DNA from: an uncultured virus (IMG/VR IMGVR_UViG_3300020196_000019)
Lineage: Duplodnaviria > Heunggongvirae > Uroviricota > Caudoviricetes
Direction: 5' to 3' (one strand)
IMG/VR virus record: IMGVR_UViG_3300020196_000019
DNA: 20,000 bases
A program made the translations under genes and the position numbers. Each line of letters opens with the position of its first letter. The stretch's first letter is position 1. Positions 16,001 through 20,000 of this stretch are shown here, piece after piece. The notes below the pieces were generated by a model, which had not been told where the DNA came from, did not search any database, and saw only the letters and a list, made by a program, of their open reading frames with translations.

Positions 16001-19000
16001 TTATTTCAAAATTATTTTTGTCTCTTCTAATTTTTTTGATTATATCGCTCTCTCTGTCCCCAAAAATCACTCTGTTTAATTTGTCTTTTGCTTTTGTCGG
16101 ATTTACATTTGTTCCGTACACAATTTCTTTAAGTTTTTCTATCTTCTTTCTTTTTAACTCTACGCCCTTTTCACTTTCAAATTCCATTTCATTTTCTAAG
16201 TTTTTAAAATATTTGTCCGCATAATTAATTTTTTGAGCAGAACTTGTTGGCACAATTTTTAATTCTAAAGCTTCTTGTCGGAAATCAGATTTGCCGGGAT
16301 ATTTATTTAAAATAATGTCAGAAAATCTGTTCACTACTTTTGCAACAATTTCCATCATATCCGGATTTATTTGAACACTTACCGGAGTTGCTTCGCCTGA
16401 TTCCATCGAAGTTTGATTTTCTTTTCTCCAAGAAAGAAAGCTCTCTGCTACGGGCTTAAGGAACTTTGAAAAGCTGTATGCTCCTTGGTTTGATAAAATC
16501 GTTGGCTGTTTTTTTTCGTTAAACTTTAAATCTGATTGTACTTCAAAAACCATTGTCCCCGGCTTTCCGGTTTGGTTGTCTAAGACGGTAAACATTCTCC
16601 CAAATGCAATTAAATCTTTTGCAAAATCCTTGCCGTAATGCAATTCTCCTTGAGGCGTGGTCAAAGTAGGAATATTCGGTTTGTTGTAAATAGGGGCGTT
16701 AATTAAAATTTCTCTAGTATCGTCTTCAACTCTGCCTCTAGGATTAATTGGTTTATACTTAGCGGAAGCTCTGGGGTCGCTTTTTCCGCCCGATGAGGAG
16801 TCATCCCCTATAAGTTTGTCGTTTAATGTTCCGTCGCCCACGTTGTAGGCGTATTTATGGCTATTGAACCAATTTGCTATTTGTATCGCAGCCATATCGT
16901 ATTCGTTTGTTGCCGCTTCTTTTTCGTCCACGTAAATGTTGTCGCTTAAATTATAATAGGCATCTTCAAGAGCATTAAAATAAGTGATAAATATTTTTCC
17001 GTAATCGTAGGCCATTCTTTTTTCTTGAGCTCCTTCGTCATTCTTTGGAGAGTTTTCAAAAGGATTGTTTGGCGTTTCTTTGTAAAGTTTTTGCATTTGT
17101 TTTAAATACTGTTTAGCGTATTTGCTTTGCCTATAAGTAACTGAGAAAAAGAAGTCTTTGGCCTCACTTGTTGGGACTCGAACATTTTGGTTTCTTTCAG
17201 CTTCCTTTTCTTCCCCTAATTTAACAAAAAATAAATCTTGAAGTTCCCGCATTTTTGTTTTTTGTGCTCGAGTGGTTGCGCTGTCAAAAATATTTCTTGC
17301 TTCTTCTGCGACTGTTTTAGCAAAAGCATCAAAGTCTTTCAGAATTTCTAGCTTTCCTTCTTTGGTTACGGGCAATCTTGCTTTTTGAAATGAAGGAAAA
17401 AATTCAGGTGTAACACTTACATTTGGATATCTACCCATTAACATATTTTCTTTATCTTGTGCTGGAATATCTGCAAAAGAACCCAGAAAAAATGGTCGTG
17501 CCTGTACATTAGCTATAAAACTTCCGTTTAAAAATGCAGCTTTCATCATTGCCGGATACACAACTTTTTCGTACATAGGACTTTTCCAAGTTGTATCCGC
17601 CGTAGTCATTGTCGTGGTTCTCACAAGAGTAACAATATCTTCTATATCTTCTGAAACGCTACCGAAGATAGTTTCGCCTTTATCTACATCCGGGTCGTTA
17701 AGAGTGTTTACCTGTACAATTTGTTTGCTCAGCGCATCAGTAACCTTAAGAGCTTTGTCTACGGGAAGTCTGTCGTTTTCCACGAGTTGCTCGATCATTG
17801 GAACAACCCAATCCATTTCTTGCTTGGTAACTGCCTTAGAAAGCTTTGCGATGAAGGAATTGTAGGGAACGGTGTTGTTTTTATCGGCGGTAAGACCTTT
17901 TATAATAGTGTTGGATTGATTCGCCACTCGATTGTCTAAGCCCCGCAAAGCATTGGCTGTTTTAAGGGCCATCGGATAGGACTCTACGAGACCCGGCAAC
18001 ACCCTTGCCGCACCCAAAAGATCTATTGGCGGAACAATTTGCTCCTGACCGGGTTTAAACAGAACTTTACTTTTAGACGGCCATTTGTCGTGTACGAGTC
18101 CAAGCTCCATTGAGATAGCCTTCTGAGTGAGGAGGTCTACCTGCTCCTTCCCGGGCTTGCCCTCAATTAAGATATTGTTCCCGTCGTTGGTGGTTCGAAG
18201 CCACCCACGGTTTATCATTTCTTTGTTAATGTTTTTCCCGACGTTATAGCCGTATTTCTGCTCGAGTTCGGCAAAGATTTCCGGTTTGTTCTCCTTGAGC
18301 CACGTAATCATTTCTCCGGCGTGGCTATCCATATCGTTCATTCCGGCCATCCGAATTACCGCGCTGTCCACCGGAATAACTTCCCCAGCTGGGCCAAGCC
18401 AAAAAGGCTCCCAATCGGGAAGGCGAGCCAAGGCTTTTTCTAGGTCTAGGACAAGCTTATCCGTTGCTGTCGGTTTGTCCTGTTTAACCTTTGCCGCCCC
18501 CAGAAGATCAGAAAGTCGATATCTGCTGAGCTTCATTTTTCTAATCATCATTGGGCTAAGACCAGCAAATCGAAGTTCGCCAATTTCTTTTAGCAGCCTC
18601 GGGCGAAGGGTTTCAGTCATCCACTTGGCAATCCTTTCACGGCTTCGTTGACGCTTTTTCCGAATACCCGAAGGAACATTTAGTCCTGTGAATCTGTCCC
18701 TTTCCGTTTCTAAGGTCTTGATTGTTACCTGACCTGAAAACGGGTTAAACGAAACATCTGCGTTCCCGTTCCAAATTTCCGCAAACATCTGTTTGTCGTA
18801 GCTGGTGAAAGGAGCGTCTTCTAATATCTTTCGAATAACTTCTCCGATTCTTTGAACATTTTCCGCCGAAATACGAGACATTATCTCCGGATCAACGCTA
18901 AGTACTGCTTCTCCGTTCTCATCGAAGGCCGCATCGGTGTACTCAGGAACTTCTTGATTTTCAATGTTGTCCGGAATATTGCGACTCAAATTGTCGCCCC

Positions 19001-20000
19001 AATCGGAAGTTCTTGCCGTACGGATGGTTCCGGTATTGGCATCCATCGAAGCAACTCGTTCAGTTTCAGAGATTGTCGGGAGATTTTCCGGAGCATCCTC
19101 TTCTTTTGTCACACCTTGCGAAGCCTCTTCATCCTTCTCTTGATTTCTGGCCGCTTCCGCTTCGGCTTCTTGTTTCTTGGCCATTTCCTCTCCGGCTTCT
19201 TTCTCCATTTCCGAATCGTTTTGAGCCTTTTCTTCCGGAGAACGGCCTAGCTTTTCCGCCATTTCTTCGGTGTCCACAAGTCGATTAAGCTTTGTTTTGA
19301 TGGTCGAAAATACTGCCGCTTTTTTCTCGTCTCTTGTTCCGTCCACCGGAAAGCTCGGATCTCGGGAGGCCGTGACAAGAAACACAAGAGCTTCCTGTGC
19401 GACTTCATCAGGAGAACGGATTCCCATTTTTTCGTATTCAATTTTGAAAATTGGGTTGTTGCGAATATATCCGGAAAGATACTTTACGGTCTCTTTCACA
19501 AACTCTTCGTCTGCCAAAAGATTGCCCAACGCTTCATCTGCCCTTGGGTTTACAACCTCTCGGTTGGCTACGGTGGTGTCAATCGAGCTAAAGTACTGAC
19601 TACGTGCGGCCTCTTGACCCCTTGGGGTCTCCCTGCGCGGAGCGGCTGCACCCAAGCTTTCCTCGTCTTCTTCAAGGCTAAAAACCGGATCGACGGCTGC
19701 GTTTTGTTTTTTGTCTGCGGGAATCGACTGCGGGAAATCCGGCATCGGGAAGTCGCTGGCCTCATCTCTTGGGGCATTCCGGGAATCTCTTTTGGCGAGT
19801 TCCCCGGCAATCTGGCCGACGTACTTGCGAAGAGCGACACGCTCCTTCCGAATGTTTTCTGGGGCACGCTCTTCGTTGCTGTCTGCCTCAAGGTTGTCGA
19901 GCTCGGTTAAACGCTTTCTGGCTCGATCAATATTTTCAACCAAAGTCTGTCCGGTAACTTTTGTAGGAGCTTTTACAGAAGAAGTTTTAGCTTTTGCTGG
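10056..20000 (-). CDS. giant polyvalent, probably virion-internal/ejected protein, >3,300 aa, 5'-truncated
   Basis: Frame stays open to the window edge (PAKAKTSSVKAPTKVTGQTLVEN...); LPD38-like C-terminus, ART-PolyVal-like domain, EVQSD domain, sigma-like module. Confidence 0.95.
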   Translation of the reverse strand, partial: PAKAKTSSVKAPTKVTGQTLVENIDRARKRLTELDNLEADSNEERAPENIRKERVALRKYVGQIAGELAKRDSRNAPRDEASDFPMPDFPQSIPADKKQNAAVDPVFSLEEDEESLGAAAPRRETPRGQEAARSQYFSSIDTTVANREVVNPRADEALGNLLADEEFVKETVKYLSGYIRNNPIFKIEYEKMGIRSPDEVAQEALVFLVTASRDPSFPVDGTRDEKKAAVFSTIKTKLNRLVDTEEMAEKLGRSPEEKAQNDSEMEKEAGEEMAKKQEAEAEAARNQEKDEEASQGVTKEEDAPENLPTISETERVASMDANTGTIRTARTSDWGDNLSRNIPDNIENQEVPEYTDAAFDENGEAVLSVDPEIMSRISAENVQRIGEVIRKILEDAPFTSYDKQMFAEIWNGNADVSFNPFSGQVTIKTLETERDRFTGLNVPSGIRKKRQRSRERIAKWMTETLRPRLLKEIGELRFAGLSPMMIRKMKLSRYRLSDLLGAAKVKQDKPTATDKLVLDLEKALARLPDWEPFWLGPAGEVIPVDSAVIRMAGMNDMDSHAGEMITWLKENKPEIFAELEQKYGYNVGKNINKEMINRGWLRTTNDGNNILIEGKPGKEQVDLLTQKAISMELGLVHDKWPSKSKVLFKPGQEQIVPPIDLLGAARVLPGLVESYPMALKTANALRGLDNRVANQSNTIIKGLTADKNNTVPYNSFIAKLSKAVTKQEMDWVVPMIEQLVENDRLPVDKALKVTDALSKQIVQVNTLNDPDVDKGETIFGSVSEDIEDIVTLVRTTTMTTADTTWKSPMYEKVVYPAMMKAAFLNGSFIANVQARPFFLGSFADIPAQDKENMLMGRYPNVSVTPEFFPSFQKARLPVTKEGKLEILKDFDAFAKTVAEEARNIFDSATTRAQKTKMRELQDLFFVKLGEEKEAERNQNVRVPTSEAKDFFFSVTYRQSKYAKQYLKQMQKLYKETPNNPFENSPKNDEGAQEKRMAYDYGKIFITYFNALEDAYYNLSDNIYVDEKEAATNEYDMAAIQIANWFNSHKYAYNVGDGTLNDKLIGDDSSSGGKSDPRASAKYKPINPRGRVEDDTREILINAPIYNKPNIPTLTTPQGELHYGKDFAKDLIAFGRMFTVLDNQTGKPGTMVFEVQSDLKFNEKKQPTILSNQGAYSFSKFLKPVAESFLSWRKENQTSMESGEATPVSVQINPDMMEIVAKVVNRFSDIILNKYPGKSDFRQEALELKIVPTSSAQKINYADKYFKNLENEMEFESEKGVELKRKKIEKLKEIVYGTNVNPTKAKDKLNRVIFGDRESDIIKKIRRDKNNFEITALPGSYVKEATGEIVFAKTEDGNYLFFQSQGGIAFSFDRANLSNIAIGIAQIQNNPKDNFVLERRNKGSELGTFDRAMLDVLGDPETYNKLTSGRENLKKPKQISITPSVNAELGLETQSLELPNLLKIDQYSASGMYYPKTPQEFKDYLSLFAELETRNQKDVGTLAPTLAQSFETLVLKNAIIDALNKNHEFLVIADDATVAMIEGHSDINDGMWAHYRPGFLFTEEGKTTRFNAGSAHNAAVKLTGDLGTEFNAGPSKEVKYADPSLALPPAWQGIRQPKPYVTGIRYSLEKFKDYANRSSLTNILGAAQVNPEPSTQFMKSVAGFNFPLRRMKDFQKYAFARKLESPQYWQQPGRSLRNVISDFSAFENNVEVLDFWNNLLNNYSDNESMDKAIVRLLNASSFDAEKKLAATASLFKVPMLKTLSGESFIMAPFAGWNTGMINKNNSIQYVSLSEIVPDEAFAAANRLDAYQFASGKLPNVPKAGTAERVAFDDNLQTLSKAETMSPEQLRDAASALQTYIPSEDLVKYLVNQKRLSPQRAKDIVHGNVFHAARVLPIDESELDLVSIGAVPFNAENPASGMLTTKAAFIEGTDIVDLAEMELFSEKELKKYFDNWVKMQVMDDGRVMATSRKEPSSEQLTALTKVLFHKKVPVFLNGKPLDYRTAIKQQAFVDGYANKVAKALIENDLVMDEAGNIKSSVEISPDFRQKMYDTFKQIKDLPNSSEAYEYTVKQVVNLIQESNDKSITFNGSGEISETFFEAMMNLRSAFEGQRIPMWVALLNDQVLPNIPQKAKDFLLNSLPYFMPSNPSSEAYNLVTMTKEFKDWFKKSKIKSATGDPAPMWYIPDSDHRIPNTLSQSGGARVYSVDQLQSNETQNDQEKPYEGVATPVFVRAANPLRILADSPISLALDTNVLIEKSLIDQFAKEIAAQTDRPVSEVATIIKNNLSALEEKSLSQLANPRGFTNTFVQGALKKFGFDSIEIVGEEKTKPDYTYDSRVIVFDPNQLKLANGFNTEFSQASPDILGAAKVTGFAYQPTDVMRSDISKVPFLPRLAKELLGKNNTILDKVMSLRRFFQDRFIDLKKIQQAIEEQTGEVLPDTLNAYQLEELYHGKVGARLTDFNENVVEPILKLLRDSGIQLSEIEEFMYALHAKERNERIRAINPIPDEPYNPGPEATPEEKANYERAKKNKAYIEELHEKGSGMSDNEADEIIEKYKMDERAEQFEQARQALRTMIDNSLRQRLEDGLITQALYNALTERYQNYVPLKGINGATAEEVQKSGQSTGRGFNVRGEEVKPTLGRISRAENILAYATNSAAAGIVRAEKNRIGNALYELVQTYPDPELWEIAEPETIRRLVTRKNPDTGEIVQTARNFVDPTWMNQDDIFATKINGETKFIRIKNKDLVRNLKNGGVNPDHWSGKVLGGLATFMRFLSLTRTGLNPEFIFTNPIRDLQTAAGNLSEEQYKDLAGRVVRSVLSLKPLQTSIAEEFNPGSTMDEWGESYRAFVASGGKLIGWMTGDIETQIKDIKFAVDEKPQKYKEYLKAVGDWIEKANGGMENGTRLAVFHHARQMGATDQQAAAIARNATVNFTKKGEAGPVFNSLFLFFNASLQGSARLLQAVLTSPKVAKLVGAIATSGLAASLFNEALGGDDEDGESWWSKVPEFKKRTNLIIMIPNSGGKYVSLPLPYGYNVFWHSGNIASDFSLGKKTANQTAARFAESVLESFNPIGGARNLLAALSPTIVQPFVEAGLNQDWAGRPIVPSDFPGDPSPTPPSERYFSGVSPITKDFTRFLNEATGGNEVRAGAVSVSPEYIDYGVSYIFGAVGSTAMRLLNLPFKAFDPNEELGLNDFPLLRRFVGEQPNYADYERFATIREAVYTAKEEQKLFTESGNEKKRAEAEKKYAPELAIYPEVRAATGQMQKLKKRIEALRDESDETGVDRSKEIKEIKEEKRKVIIRISKAYREALEKSKN
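10400..11010 (-). other. LPD38-like domain of the giant protein (approximate limits)
   Basis: WSKVPEFKKRTNLII...YVSLPLPYGY...PFVEAGLNQDWAGRPIVP...SPEYIDY. Confidence 0.75.
12915..13530 (-). other. ART-PolyVal-like (ADP-ribosyltransferase fold) domain, degenerate (approximate limits)
   Basis: TKEFKDWFKKSKI...GDP...PVFVRAANP...GFDSI...IVFDPNQLK...N.EFS...DI. Confidence 0.7.
18600..19535 (-). other. putative ECF-like sigma factor module (region 2 about 19270-19535, region 4 about 18600-18860)
   Basis: PDEVAQEALVFL...F...AAVFSTIKTKLNRLVD; IRKILEDAPFTSYDKQMF...GLNVPSGIRKKRQRSRERIAKWM. Confidence 0.45.

Noticed and set aside
19941..19943. TTG start of the giant ORF
   Set aside because: The frame is open to position 20000, so the true start lies outside the window
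10157..19957. Many 60-130 aa ORFs inside or antisense to the giant gene
   Set aside because: Shadow ORFs overlapping a clearly coding 3,300-aa frame; no recognisable motifs or start signals
1..20000. Stop-codon reassignment
   Set aside because: Standard code gives dense coding; TAA, TAG and TGA all end genes at tight junctions
1..20000. tRNA, rRNA, integrase or transposase
   Set aside because: No recognisable signatures seen by eye

Overview
Segment of a tailed dsDNA phage genome (host not identifiable from this window). 1-8865 is a dense + strand block of small, mostly translationally coupled early/accessory genes. It includes a PC4-like protein, a possible truncated histone fold, a DUF6878/DUF6915-like pair, a DUF3846-like protein, a class I SAM methyltransferase and a DUF4406-like protein. 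8862-10059 is a cluster of tiny membrane and very basic proteins, including an HNH-like protein, around a 36-bp bidirectional promoter. 10056-20000 is a 5'-truncated giant (>3,300 aa) minus-strand polyvalent protein with an ART-PolyVal-like domain and a C-terminal LPD38-like domain. Main hypothesis (inference): the giant protein carries an ECF-like sigma factor module, its modules are separated by a repeated [DN][LI]LGAA[KRQ]V linker, and two early-gene blocks share a fixed-spacing non-sigma70 motif (AAATGTCACG-N14-CCGCAACCTRTAGGCAA). Together these would fit a virion-delivered sigma factor driving early transcription. All family assignments come from motif recognition by eye, not database searches.
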